Source: a virus
Lineage: Duplodnaviria > Caudoviricetes
Reading direction: 5' to 3' (one strand)
Virus record (IMG/VR): IMGVR_UViG_3300005611_000006
DNA: 64,000 nt
Shown here: piece by piece, positions 36,732-47,275 of the stretch
Position numbering within the stretch: position 1 is the first letter of the stretch
Layout: each line of letters opens with the position of its first letter
Program-made: the position numbers and the translations under genes
The notes under the pieces: model-generated
What the model was told of the DNA's origin: nothing
The model's database searches: none
Seen by the model: only the letters and a program-made list of their open reading frames with translations

Positions 36732-37553
36732 ATGGCAAAACCTGCATCAAGACAAGAATTAAAAGAATATGCTTTAAGGCAACTTGGTGCTCCCGTTTTA
36801 GAGATTAATATTGCCGATGAACAACTTGATGATAGATTGGATGACGCTCTTCAACTTTTTTATGAGCGTCATTTCGATGGTGTTGAAAGAGTTTACCTCA
36901 AATACAAAATAACTGATGATGACATTAAAAGAGGTAAGGCAAGAGGTGATAGTGAGTCTCTTGGAATTACAACTTATACGACTTCTAGTGGAAATTTTGA
37001 AGAAAATTCAAATTATTTAACTTTACCAGATTCAATTCTTGGAGTTGAAAGAATTTTCAAGTTTGATACAAGCACTGTTTCAAACAATATGTTTAGTTAT
37101 AAGTACCAACTTTTTTTAAATGATATCGCATTTAATGTTGGTTATGATGGATTACTTAATTACGCAATGACAAAAACATATGTTGAGGACATTGATTATC
37201 TAATTACAACAAATAAGCAAATTAGATTTAATAAAAGAAATAATAGATTGTACTTAGATATTGATTGGGGATCAGCAAAAGCGGATACTTATATTATTAT
37301 AGATTGTCAAAGAATTATGGATCCATCAAATTATACTGGAGTCTATAATGATTCATTTTTAAAACTATATTTTACTGCTTCAGTCAAAAAGCAATGGGGT
37401 CAAAACTTAATTAAATTCCAAGGAGTAAAACTTCCAGGTGGAGTAGAGCTTAATGGAAGACAAATTTATGATGATGCTGTTAAAGAATTAGAGTCAATAA
37501 GAGAAAGAATGATGAGTGAATATGAAACTGCTCCTTTCGATTTGATAGGATAA
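36732..37553 (+). CDS. gp13: neck protein gp13
   Basis: SRQELKEYALRQLGAPVLEINI...KKQWGQNLIKFQGVKLPGGVELNG. Confidence 0.95.
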   Translation: MAKPASRQELKEYALRQLGAPVLEINIADEQLDDRLDDALQLFYERHFDGVERVYLKYKITDDDIKRGKARGDSESLGITTYTTSSGNFEENSNYLTLPDSILGVERIFKFDTSTVSNNMFSYKYQLFLNDIAFNVGYDGLLNYAMTKTYVEDIDYLITTNKQIRFNKRNNRLYLDIDWGSAKADTYIIIDCQRIMDPSNYTGVYNDSFLKLYFTASVKKQWGQNLIKFQGVKLPGGVELNGRQIYDDAVKELESIRERMMSEYETAPFDLIG

Positions 37554-37554
37554 T

Positions 37555-38925
37555 ATGTTAAATCCATTTTTTCTTAACGGCAATTATACTGAGCAAGGTC
37601 TTGTCCAAGACCTTATAAATGAGCAATTAAAGATGTATGGCATAGAAGTTTACTATATGCCTAGATCTATTTTTTCGGAAGGAAAAATAATTAAGGAAGC
37701 TATATATTCTAAATTTAAAAATGCATTTCCAATTGAAGCTTATGTAGCAAACTACGAAGGATTTCAAGATAATAGTGTATTAATGAGTAAATTTGGAGTT
37801 AGAGTTACTGATGAGATGAATTTGATTATCTCAAAGGAAAGATTTGAGTTATATATAAGTGAAATGATGAAATCAATTCCAAATGTTAAAAACTACTCCA
37901 GACCAAATGAAGGAGACTTAATTTATATTCCATTAACTGAAAGTTTAATGGAAATTAAATTTGTGGAGAATAGAAAACCATTCTTTCAATTGCAAAAAAT
38001 TTATGTATATGAACTGAGATGTGAAGTATACGAATTAGAAGATGATGAAATTAATACAGGAGTAGCATCTATTGACTCAACATTTAAAAATGAAAGTTAC
38101 TCATCTACATTATCTCTTTCTGGTATAGGGTTAACAGCGACAGCAACAGCAACTGTTGTTAATGGAGGAATTCAAAATGTTGACGTAATTAATGAAGGTT
38201 ATGGATTTACATCTAATCCAACTTTAATTGTAAGCTCTCCAACATCTGGATCTCAAGCTAGAATCGTAGGTACAACAACAAGTTCCAGATCATTAACTTC
38301 TAAGTTAAGTATTAATAAAGTTTATATTGAAGATGGTGGAAGTGGATATACCTCAAAACCAAGTATATCTTTATTTGGTGGAGGTGGATCTGGAGTTCAA
38401 TTTAATGTTGGAATTGCTACAACTGGATCTATTGGATCAGTATCAATTGTAAATAGTGGTCAAGGATATGTTTCTGCGCCAACAGTAACATTTTCTTCTC
38501 CTTCGGGATATGGAGTAACAGCTATTGGAGAAGCAGTATTAAATAATAGTGGAGGAATATCTACTATTAGAATGACAAATTGTGGATCTGGATATACAAC
38601 TGCTCCAACAGTTACAATATCTGCAGGGTCTACTATTTCCACTGGAAACTTTATATTTAATGAGCAAGTAACTGGATCCATATCTAATGCTACTGGATTA
38701 GTAAGAAATTGGGATCCAGATACCAAAGTATTAAAAGTTTATGGTCAAGGAAAAGATTTTATTGTAGGAGATCTGGTAACTGGATCTAATTCATCTGCTA
38801 CATATTTCATTCAAAAATATGAAACATATGAGTCTGATTTTGGATATGATCAGAATGAAGTTATTCAAGAAGAGTCTGATGAAATTCTTAGTTTTGATGA
38901 AATAAATCCTTTTGGAGAAGTTTAA
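37555..38925 (+). CDS. gp14: neck protein gp14 with a beta-repeat insertion
   Basis: EQGLVQDLINEQLKMYG.EVYY.PR, RPNEGDLIY.P and C-terminal NPFGEV. Confidence 0.92.
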   Translation: MLNPFFLNGNYTEQGLVQDLINEQLKMYGIEVYYMPRSIFSEGKIIKEAIYSKFKNAFPIEAYVANYEGFQDNSVLMSKFGVRVTDEMNLIISKERFELYISEMMKSIPNVKNYSRPNEGDLIYIPLTESLMEIKFVENRKPFFQLQKIYVYELRCEVYELEDDEINTGVASIDSTFKNESYSSTLSLSGIGLTATATATVVNGGIQNVDVINEGYGFTSNPTLIVSSPTSGSQARIVGTTTSSRSLTSKLSINKVYIEDGGSGYTSKPSISLFGGGGSGVQFNVGIATTGSIGSVSIVNSGQGYVSAPTVTFSSPSGYGVTAIGEAVLNNSGGISTIRMTNCGSGYTTAPTVTISAGSTISTGNFIFNEQVTGSISNATGLVRNWDPDTKVLKVYGQGKDFIVGDLVTGSNSSATYFIQKYETYESDFGYDQNEVIQEESDEILSFDEINPFGEV

Positions 38926-38957
38926 TTTGTTAAATAATTAACAAGGAGATTAAGAAA

Positions 38958-39812
38958 ATGTTTGGAACTTATTTTTATAATAAAATAATTACAAAGAATG
39001 TTGTTGCATTCGGTACATTATTTAATAATATATCAATAAAAAAACAAGATGAATCTGATAATGATCTTTCTATATTTAAAGTTCCAATTTCTTATGGTCC
39101 AGTACAAAAGTTTTTAGCAAGAATAGAGCAATTTCCTGATGGAAATAGAAAGATTGCAACAACTTTGCCTAGGATGTCTTTTGAAATGGTTTCAATTGAT
39201 TATGATGGATCTAGAAAGTCGTCTGTAATTCAAACATTTAAAACATCTTCATCATCTGATGGAACTTCAATTAATAATGTTTATATGCCAACTCCTTATA
39301 ATATTCAATTTGAATTAAATATTATGTCAAAAGTTCAAGATGATGTACTTCAAATTGTAGAACAAATATTACCATTTTTTCAACCATCATTTAATGTTTC
39401 TATTAATTTTGTTCCAGAAATTAATGAGATTAGAGATGTTCCAATAATTTTAAATAGAATTAATTTTAGAGATGATTACGAAGAAGACTTTAGAAGTAGA
39501 AGGATTATAAATTATACATTAACGTTTACTTTAAAAACATACTTGTTTAGTCAAATTCCATCAGATTCTCAAGGACTTATTAAAAAAGTTCAAGTTGATT
39601 ATGCAACTGATGCAATTAAGAGTGCTAAGAGAGAAGTTAGATATGTATCTACACCAAAAGCTCTTCAAGACTATAACGATGATAATCAAATAAATGAATT
39701 AGATGATCCATTTATTGAGATGGGAGATGATTTTGGATTCAATAGAACCATAACAGAATACCAAGATTTTAAAACATACAGTTCTGCTCAAGGAGTTGAT
39801 GTGGATGTATGA
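38958..39812 (+). CDS. gp15: tail sheath stabiliser/terminator gp15
   Basis: VAFGTLFNNI, KVPISYGP.QKFLAR, LPRMSFE and QIVEQILPFFQP. Confidence 0.95.
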   Translation: MFGTYFYNKIITKNVVAFGTLFNNISIKKQDESDNDLSIFKVPISYGPVQKFLARIEQFPDGNRKIATTLPRMSFEMVSIDYDGSRKSSVIQTFKTSSSSDGTSINNVYMPTPYNIQFELNIMSKVQDDVLQIVEQILPFFQPSFNVSINFVPEINEIRDVPIILNRINFRDDYEEDFRSRRIINYTLTFTLKTYLFSQIPSDSQGLIKKVQVDYATDAIKSAKREVRYVSTPKALQDYNDDNQINELDDPFIEMGDDFGFNRTITEYQDFKTYSSAQGVDVDV

Positions 39813-40258
39813 GTATGATAGAAAAAAAGTATGAAGGTTTAGAGAAAGCCTTAAATATAGAAACTGAAATTGAAAAAAGTATTGATATTGAAGTAGTATC
39901 AAAGGATATTGTAGATATTACATCTGAACAAAAAACATCAGATGATCCTGAAAAAGATTATGAATATACTAGGGCAAACTTATATAAATTGATAGATAGA
40001 GGTCAAGAAGCAATTGAAGGAATTCTTGAATTGGCACAAGAGTCTGAACACCCAAGAGCATTTGAAGTTGCTGGACAATTAATTAAGTCTGTGGGAGATG
40101 TTACAGATAAACTATTAGACCTTCAGAAAAAAATGAAAGACTTGGATGCTCCAACTAAAAAAGGAAATACAACAGTCAATAATGCACTTTTTGTAGGATC
40201 TACCGCTGAACTATCAAAACTTTTAAAACAAGGTCTTCTAAATAATAAAGAAGAATAA
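39809..40258 (+). CDS. gp16: terminase small subunit gp16
   Basis: DYEYTRANLY.LI..GQEAI...HPRAFEVAGQLIK and NNALFVGSTAEL. Confidence 0.95.
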   Translation: MSMIEKKYEGLEKALNIETEIEKSIDIEVVSKDIVDITSEQKTSDDPEKDYEYTRANLYKLIDRGQEAIEGILELAQESEHPRAFEVAGQLIKSVGDVTDKLLDLQKKMKDLDAPTKKGNTTVNNALFVGSTAELSKLLKQGLLNNKEE

Positions 40259-40267
40259 TCTTAACTC

Positions 40268-41296
40268 ATGAGATCACTTAATTTAAATGAGGAGGGACTA
40301 CGTGATTGGTTTGGAAAGTCCAAATCAAAAGATGGTAAACCTGGATGGGTGAATGTCGTTACTGGAGGAACTTGTGCAAGTGATAAACCAGGAGAAGGAG
40401 TTCCTAAATGTGTTTCTTCTACAAAAAGAGCAAGTATGACACCAGAAGAAAGAAGATCTGCTGCAAGAAGGAAAAAAGAAAAAGATCCTGGTCAACAACA
40501 AAAAACTGGGGCAGCAAAACCAACTTATGTTTCTACAGATACTAAGAAAAAAATGAAAGAAGAAGTAGACACAAGAAGAGCACCAAAAGAATTAGTTGCT
40601 AGGTTGAGTGCCAGAAGAGAAGGAGAGATGGCACAAGACGGTCCTAATAAAGCAGCATATGATGCTAAGCAAAGACTTCTTGCCAAATCAAAAGCAAAAA
40701 TGAAAAAGGAAGAATTGGAATTAGATGAAGCAAAAGATAAGAAAGGAAAAAGTAGTGGCAAGAAAGATGCTTGCTACAGTAAAGTAAAATCACGTTATAG
40801 TGTTTGGCCATCTGCTTATGCATCTGGAGCATTAGTCAAGTGTCGTAAGGTTGGTGCAAAAAATTGGGGAAACAAATCTGAGTCTGCAGAAGCTAACGCT
40901 AAAATGTTAGCAGGTGAAAGATATTGTGATCTCTGCCAAAAGATGGAAAAAAGAGATGAGTGTATGTATGGTCCTAAAATGTGGGATAAGCATTCAAGAG
41001 GAATTAGTGAAGATTGTGTACCAGAACAAAAAACTTTTGATCAATTCATTTTAGAATCTGCTGCTTGGACAAGAAAAGAAGGACAGAATCCTGAGGGTGG
41101 ACTCAATGACGCAGGACGTAAGTCTGCCAAAGCAGATGGACATAACTTAAAACGACCTTCAAAGAAAGTTGGTAATAAGAGAAGAGATTCATTCTGCAAA
41201 AGAATGAAAGGTATGAAGAAGAAACTCACTTCTGCCAAAACTGCTAATGATCCAGATAGCAGAATCAACAAAAGTTTAAGAGCTTGGAATTGCTGA
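40268..41296 (+). CDS. modular basic protein, probable head internal (poly)protein
   Basis: Several Cys/Trp-containing basic modules separated by x-x-E linkers; internal QKTFDQFILE. Confidence 0.7.
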   Translation: MRSLNLNEEGLRDWFGKSKSKDGKPGWVNVVTGGTCASDKPGEGVPKCVSSTKRASMTPEERRSAARRKKEKDPGQQQKTGAAKPTYVSTDTKKKMKEEVDTRRAPKELVARLSARREGEMAQDGPNKAAYDAKQRLLAKSKAKMKKEELELDEAKDKKGKSSGKKDACYSKVKSRYSVWPSAYASGALVKCRKVGAKNWGNKSESAEANAKMLAGERYCDLCQKMEKRDECMYGPKMWDKHSRGISEDCVPEQKTFDQFILESAAWTRKEGQNPEGGLNDAGRKSAKADGHNLKRPSKKVGNKRRDSFCKRMKGMKKKLTSAKTANDPDSRINKSLRAWNC

Positions 41297-41297
41297 T

Positions 41298-41612
41298 ATG
41301 AAAAGTTATAAAGAGTTTATTTCAGAGAGCATCAATATTCAAGGTGACTTCAATGGAACTTTAAATATTGGATCTGCTCCAGAACCACAAAGAGTTGGCG
41401 AAGAATTCTCTGCAGACTTTGTTTGGCAGGGAAGCATTTATAGAGTTGAGATGGTTTCTGAAAATGGAATTCCATCTAGGGGGGAATTAGCAGAGCAACT
41501 TCAAGGTGAGTATCCTGGAGCAGTTGTGCATAATATCTACCCAACATCGCCAAAAAATACAAATATTACTAAAGTAAATAGATATCATCCAAGTAAATTA
41601 GAATGGATTTAA
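41298..41612 (+). CDS. hypothetical protein with an N-terminal capsid-targeting-like sequence
   Basis: Begins MKSYKEFISE (T4 internal-protein CTS is MKTYQEFIAE). Confidence 0.75.
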   Translation: MKSYKEFISESINIQGDFNGTLNIGSAPEPQRVGEEFSADFVWQGSIYRVEMVSENGIPSRGELAEQLQGEYPGAVVHNIYPTSPKNTNITKVNRYHPSKLEWI

Positions 41613-41615
41613 ATT

Positions 41616-42938
41616 ATGGCAATTTGGAATATAACTACACAAGATTATTTAAATCAGGAGAGAAGTCTTTTTGAAGTTTTTGGTGTTGCAACAAGGGATG
41701 GAAATGTTGTAGATAGATTTAATCGTTTTCCAGTTGATGTTCTTCCAGCAAATGCAGATGCTTTTGGGAGAACTAGAATATCTCAACCACTTACACTATT
41801 TGATAGTTCTCACAGATATAGAGATAATAATCTTTGGGAAAGTTTGATTGTAGGCACTGGTTCTACAGTTGGATTTGTAACAACTCAAGGATTAGTCAAT
41901 ATTGGTATTGGAACTACTGCTGGTTGTTCAGTAATTAGAGAAACTACTAAGACATTCTCATATCAACCAGGAAAATCTTTGCTTGTGTTGAATACTTTTG
42001 TTCCTGCCGCACCAAAAGAAAATCTAAGACAAAGAATTGGATATTTTGGTGCCGATAATGGAATGTATTTTGAGATTAATGGCACAACTCCTTATTTTGT
42101 AGAGAGAAGTTTGTCTACTGGCACTCAAACTGAAGTAGCACAAGCAAATTGGAATGGTGATAAGTTGGATGGAACTGGTCCATCTGGTATTACATTAGAT
42201 ACATCCAAAGCACAAATTCTTTGGATGGATATTGAGTGGCTGGGTCTTGGCACAGTCAGAATGGGATTTGTGATAAACGGACAGTTTATCCTCTGCCATT
42301 CATTCCACCACTCAAACTTAATTGAATCCACTTACATCACAACAGCATCTCTTCCTTTGAGATATGAGATTGCGAATACTGGTATTACTACAAGTAGTAG
42401 CACTATGAAGCAAGTTTGCTCTACCGTAATTTCTGAAGGTGGTTATGAATTGAGTGGATTGCAACAGGCAGTTCAGACACCAATTACAGCACCAGTAGAT
42501 TTACCTTCTCCTGCAGGAACTTATTATCCAGTCATTTCAATTCGTCTCAAATCTTCTCCAGATAGATTAGATGCGATTGTAATTCTGACAGCACTATCCA
42601 TAATGGGTATTGGAAATGGACCAGAATACAACTGGCAAATGAGAGCATCAGCAACTACTACTGGTGGCACTTGGGTCAGTGCTGGTGTTGATAGTTCTGT
42701 TGAATACAAGATTGGTGGAACAAGTATAAGTGGTGGAAGAATTTTAGCATCAGGTTTCTTTTCATCAACCAATCAATCTTCCACATCAGTAGATATTCTG
42801 AAAGAAGCACTATTCAAGTTTCAGTTAGAAAGAAATGGATTGACTGGAACTCCTTATGAATTGACACTTGTATGTGCATCTAACACTGCTGGTGCTGATG
42901 TTTTTGCTTCACTGGACTGGGAAGAAATTAGTAGGTAA
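41616..42938 (+). CDS. probable virion structural protein (beta-rich)
   Basis: 440-aa Thr/Ser/Gly-rich ORF with DAFGR.R.S.P.TLFD and YQPGKS motifs; in the late region. Confidence 0.65.
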   Translation: MAIWNITTQDYLNQERSLFEVFGVATRDGNVVDRFNRFPVDVLPANADAFGRTRISQPLTLFDSSHRYRDNNLWESLIVGTGSTVGFVTTQGLVNIGIGTTAGCSVIRETTKTFSYQPGKSLLVLNTFVPAAPKENLRQRIGYFGADNGMYFEINGTTPYFVERSLSTGTQTEVAQANWNGDKLDGTGPSGITLDTSKAQILWMDIEWLGLGTVRMGFVINGQFILCHSFHHSNLIESTYITTASLPLRYEIANTGITTSSSTMKQVCSTVISEGGYELSGLQQAVQTPITAPVDLPSPAGTYYPVISIRLKSSPDRLDAIVILTALSIMGIGNGPEYNWQMRASATTTGGTWVSAGVDSSVEYKIGGTSISGGRILASGFFSSTNQSSTSVDILKEALFKFQLERNGLTGTPYELTLVCASNTAGADVFASLDWEEISR

Positions 42939-42943
42939 TTCTT

Positions 42944-44587
42944 ATGAGTGATATATATCTTGGCAATCCTTTACTAAAAAAGGCTAATACTCCAATTGAA
43001 TTTAGTGAAGAACAAATTATTGAATTTATTAAATGTAAAGAGGATCCAGTTTATTTTGCCCAAAAATATATTAAAATTGTAAACGTAGATAGGGGATTAA
43101 TACCCTTTGAAATGTATGATTTTCAAAAAAAGTTAATTCGTAATTTCCATCAAAATAGATTTAATATATGTAAAATGCCAAGACAGAGTGGTAAAAGTAC
43201 CACTGTTGTTTCATATCTTTTACATTATGCTCTTTTCAATGATAGTTCAAATATTGCAATTCTTGCTAACAAAGCATCCACAGCAAGAGATCTTTTAGGT
43301 AGATTGCAAACTGCTTATGAAAATTTGCCTAAGTGGTTGCAACAAGGAGTTCTTGCTTGGAACAGAGGATCTTTAGAAATTGAAAATGGATCAAAGATTG
43401 TAGCGGCATCAACATCAGCATCTGCTGTTCGTGGTGGATCATATAATATTATATTCTTAGACGAATTTGCATTCATCCCAAACCATCTTGCAGATCAGTT
43501 TTTTGCATCTGTATATCCTACAATTTCTTCTGGTACTTCAACCAAAGTAATTATGGTTTCTACCCCACACGGTATGAACCATTTTTATCGTTACTGGCAC
43601 GATGCTGAAAGAGGAAAAAATAAATATGTGGCAACTGAGGTTCATTGGACCGAAGTTCCTGGGAGAGATGATAAATGGAGAGAAGATACAATTGCAAATA
43701 CTTCTGAACAACAATTCAGGGTTGAGTTTGAATGTGAGTTCTTAGGATCAGTAGATACTCTTATTGCACCTAGTAAGTTGAGGAGTATGGTTTATGATGA
43801 TCCAATTAAAAGAAATGCAGGATTAGATATCTATGAAAATCCCATTTTAGACCACGATTATTTAATTACTGTAGATGTTGCAAGAGGAGTTGAAATTGAT
43901 TACTCAGCGTTCATAGTTTTTGATATAACGACTTTTCCACATAAGATAGTTGCAAAATATAGAAATAATGAAATAAAACCAATGATATATCCTTCAGTAA
44001 TTCATCAAGTTGCAACATCTTATAATAATGCTTTTATATTATGTGAAGTTAATGATGTTGGAGATCAAGTTGCTAGTATATTACAATATGATTTAGAATA
44101 TCAAAATTTACTTATGTGTTCGATGAGGGGTAGAGCTGGTCAATTGGTTGGTCAGGGATTCTCCGGTAAGAAGACTCAACTTGGAGTTAAAATGTCGAAG
44201 GTGGTAAAAAAAGTAGGATGTTTAAATTTGAAAACTATTATAGAAGAAGATAAACTAATATTCAATGATTATGAAATTATTTCAGAACTAACTACATTTA
44301 TTCAAAAATCAAATTCTTTTGAAGCAGAAGAAGGTTGTAATGATGATTTAGCAATGTGCCTTGTAATTTATGCTTGGTTAGTTGCACAAGACTACTTTAA
44401 AGAATTAACTGATCAAGATGTAAGAAAACGACTATATCAAGAGCAAAAAAATCAAATTGAACAAGATATGTCTCCTTTTGGATTTATTTTGGATGGTAGA
44501 GAATCTACTTCACTAGTAGATTCTGAAGGTGACATTTGGCATTTAGATGAATACGGAGATAAGTCTTATATGTGGGAGTATAGATAA
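42944..44587 (+). CDS. gp17: terminase large subunit gp17
   Basis: YLGNPLLKKAN, PRQSGKST Walker A, IFLDEFAF Walker B and DDLAM. Confidence 0.98.
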   Translation: MSDIYLGNPLLKKANTPIEFSEEQIIEFIKCKEDPVYFAQKYIKIVNVDRGLIPFEMYDFQKKLIRNFHQNRFNICKMPRQSGKSTTVVSYLLHYALFNDSSNIAILANKASTARDLLGRLQTAYENLPKWLQQGVLAWNRGSLEIENGSKIVAASTSASAVRGGSYNIIFLDEFAFIPNHLADQFFASVYPTISSGTSTKVIMVSTPHGMNHFYRYWHDAERGKNKYVATEVHWTEVPGRDDKWREDTIANTSEQQFRVEFECEFLGSVDTLIAPSKLRSMVYDDPIKRNAGLDIYENPILDHDYLITVDVARGVEIDYSAFIVFDITTFPHKIVAKYRNNEIKPMIYPSVIHQVATSYNNAFILCEVNDVGDQVASILQYDLEYQNLLMCSMRGRAGQLVGQGFSGKKTQLGVKMSKVVKKVGCLNLKTIIEEDKLIFNDYEIISELTTFIQKSNSFEAEEGCNDDLAMCLVIYAWLVAQDYFKELTDQDVRKRLYQEQKNQIEQDMSPFGFILDGRESTSLVDSEGDIWHLDEYGDKSYMWEYR

Positions 44588-44598
44588 ATGAAGAAAAT

Positions 44599-44606
44599 TA
44601 TAAATA
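44599..44606 (+). promoter_or_regulatory. late promoter for gp18
   Basis: TATAAATA followed by a GAGGAG RBS. Confidence 0.75.
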
Positions 44607-44642
44607 CTTTTAGACAAAAATGAAGCATTTAGAGGAGTTAAA

Positions 44643-47255
44643 ATGGCTTTACGCTTAGCATCTCCAGGGATTAGTATTAGAGAAGTAGACTTAACTAGAG
44701 GGTCAGTTAATGCTACTTCTACTTTGTCTGCAGGAATTGCAGCACCATTTGAAAAAGGTCCTGTAGAGGAAGTAGTTGCTATTAATAATGAAAATGAATT
44801 AATTCAAGTATTTGGAAAACCAAGTAAAAATGATTACCACTATGAGCATTGGTTCTCAGCTTCAAACTTTTTATCTTACGGCGGAAGTTTAAAGGTAGTA
44901 AGATCGGACTCCAGTAATCTTAAAAGTTCAAATGCTGCAGTTGGTGCAGCTTCAACATCACTTAAAATTAATAACTACGAAAGTTATCAATCATCATCTT
45001 CTTCTGGATACTATTGGGCAGCAAAAACTCCAGGATCTTGGTCAGATTCTATTAAAGTTTGTATAATTGACAATTTTGCGGATCAAACTTTTTCTGGATT
45101 AAGTACCTCAGGAATTGCTGTTGGATATGCAATTACTCAAACAGTTTCTGCCAATGAAGAAGTAAAGGGAATTGTAACTGGAGTAGGAAGTTCTGAATTT
45201 TATGTTAAGATTGTAAGTAAAACTAATACTTCATCTGGAACTGCAGTAACAACCTCACAAGAATATACCGAGAGAGGAAAGTATTCCTTTAAAACGACAT
45301 ACGATTTTTATGTTAATGGAACTCTTGGTGCAGGATCAACCACGGTTTCAGTAACTAGAGCGGGATTAGGTACGAATACAGCTCAAACTATCGGAGCAGG
45401 AACAAGTTTAACTTTATTAGATAAGACTGGATCTACTGTAGTACAATTAGCCGGAGGAGATGTTTTCACTTCATCGGAAGATGAACTTACAGTATCTAAT
45501 GTTTCTGGAATTTCTACAGGAACTGTAATTGGAGTTGGAACTGAACTTCTTTATGTCAATGCGGTATCTGGCAATAACTTAGTAGTAAGAAATGGTGGCA
45601 CAAATTATAATAGTTATGGAACAGTTCAATCTGAGCATCAAGATGGTGCAGTAGTTACAATTTATTCATATATACAAGATCATGTAGAAGTATCAGAAGA
45701 AGCTCTTTCTGATTCTACTACTTTAAAATTAAGTGGAATTGGAAGTATTACTGCAGACGATTACCTAATTGATCAACTATCTAATGAAGTAATTAAAGTA
45801 AATACTATCTCAAATACTGGTGTTTTAACTGCATCTAAAATTGATGATTGGTATAGTTCTCAATATATTTTAAAAACAGCAGATGGTGATACCAGAAATC
45901 TTCTCTGGAGGGATGTTGCACCAAGACCACAAACTAATGAATATGTAACAACAAGAAATGGTGGAAACGACTCTTTCCACATAGTTGTTGTTGATGGTGT
46001 AAAGGGATTAAATAACAATAATTCTGTTGCTCAAGAAAGATTAGAAACATTTTTAAATCTTTCAAAAGCATCTGATGCACAAATTTCTCCAGCAGAAAAA
46101 GTTTACTATAAAGATTATCTAGCATTAAATTCTCAATTTATTTACGCTGGTTCAGTATTAGGATCAGATAGCTGGTGGAACTTGTATCCAGTTGCTTCAA
46201 ATTTCTCAAGTGGAAATACTCCACTTTCAACTTCATTGGGTCTTTGGGGTCAAGAGTCTTCTGGAGTTTACTTTAACGCAATTGGTAATAAATCTTTTAC
46301 TTTGACTGGAGGTAAGGATTACTCTGGAACAAATAATATTGGTGGATTTGAAGTTTCAAACTCTGATATTGAGTCTGCTTATGACAAACTATCAAATGAA
46401 AATGAAGTTTCACTAAATTTCTTACTTCAGGGTGGTTCATCTGGAACTACTCAGTATGAACAGCAAAAAGCAAATTATATAATTGGAATTGCAAATCAAA
46501 GAAAAGATTGTATTGCATTTATTTCACCAAATAGAACAAGTCTTGTTAATGTTACGACAGAATCTCAAAAACTATCAAATGTTCTTGAGTTTTTCACGCC
46601 ATTAACTTCTTCATCTTATGCTGTTTTTGATTCTGGATATCAATATTTTTATGATAGATTTAACAAGGATTTCCATTATATGCCTTGTTCATCTGATGTT
46701 GCTGGACTTTGTGTTAAAACTGATATAGATCAGTTCCCTTGGTATTCTCCAGCAGGAAAAGTCAGAGGTTCTTTAAAGAATGTAGTAAAACTAGCATATA
46801 ATCCTAACCAATCTGATAGAGATAGTTTATACTCAAATAGAATTAATCCAATTATAACTTCTCCAGGTTCTGGAACCATTCTATTTGGCGACAAGACTGC
46901 ACTTTCATACTCTTCGGCATTCGATAGAATAAATGTTCGTAGATTGTTTATTACAATCGAAGGAGCAATTAGATCTGCTGCTGATGCACAACTATTTGAG
47001 TTTAATGATGGTGCTACAAGAGCAAACTTTATTAATATTGTTGAACCATATTTAAGAGATGTTCAAGCAAAAAGAGGAATTACTGATTTCCTCTTAATTT
47101 GTGATGAAACTAATAATACTCCAGCGGTTATTGATCGTAATGAATTTGTAGCTGATATCTATGTGAAACCAGCTCGTTCAATTAACTTTATTGGACTTAC
47201 ATTTATTGCTACGAGAACTGGAGTTTCATTCCAGACCGTTGCAGGAACAGTTTAA
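44643..47255 (+). CDS. gp18: tail sheath protein gp18
   Basis: LASPGI..REVD, PWYSPAG..RG, GDKT, FDRINVRRLF and KPARSINFI. Confidence 0.97.
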   Translation: MALRLASPGISIREVDLTRGSVNATSTLSAGIAAPFEKGPVEEVVAINNENELIQVFGKPSKNDYHYEHWFSASNFLSYGGSLKVVRSDSSNLKSSNAAVGAASTSLKINNYESYQSSSSSGYYWAAKTPGSWSDSIKVCIIDNFADQTFSGLSTSGIAVGYAITQTVSANEEVKGIVTGVGSSEFYVKIVSKTNTSSGTAVTTSQEYTERGKYSFKTTYDFYVNGTLGAGSTTVSVTRAGLGTNTAQTIGAGTSLTLLDKTGSTVVQLAGGDVFTSSEDELTVSNVSGISTGTVIGVGTELLYVNAVSGNNLVVRNGGTNYNSYGTVQSEHQDGAVVTIYSYIQDHVEVSEEALSDSTTLKLSGIGSITADDYLIDQLSNEVIKVNTISNTGVLTASKIDDWYSSQYILKTADGDTRNLLWRDVAPRPQTNEYVTTRNGGNDSFHIVVVDGVKGLNNNNSVAQERLETFLNLSKASDAQISPAEKVYYKDYLALNSQFIYAGSVLGSDSWWNLYPVASNFSSGNTPLSTSLGLWGQESSGVYFNAIGNKSFTLTGGKDYSGTNNIGGFEVSNSDIESAYDKLSNENEVSLNFLLQGGSSGTTQYEQQKANYIIGIANQRKDCIAFISPNRTSLVNVTTESQKLSNVLEFFTPLTSSSYAVFDSGYQYFYDRFNKDFHYMPCSSDVAGLCVKTDIDQFPWYSPAGKVRGSLKNVVKLAYNPNQSDRDSLYSNRINPIITSPGSGTILFGDKTALSYSSAFDRINVRRLFITIEGAIRSAADAQLFEFNDGATRANFINIVEPYLRDVQAKRGITDFLLICDETNNTPAVIDRNEFVADIYVKPARSINFIGLTFIATRTGVSFQTVAGTV

Positions 47256-47275
47256 TTTAACCAGGAGAAAAAACA

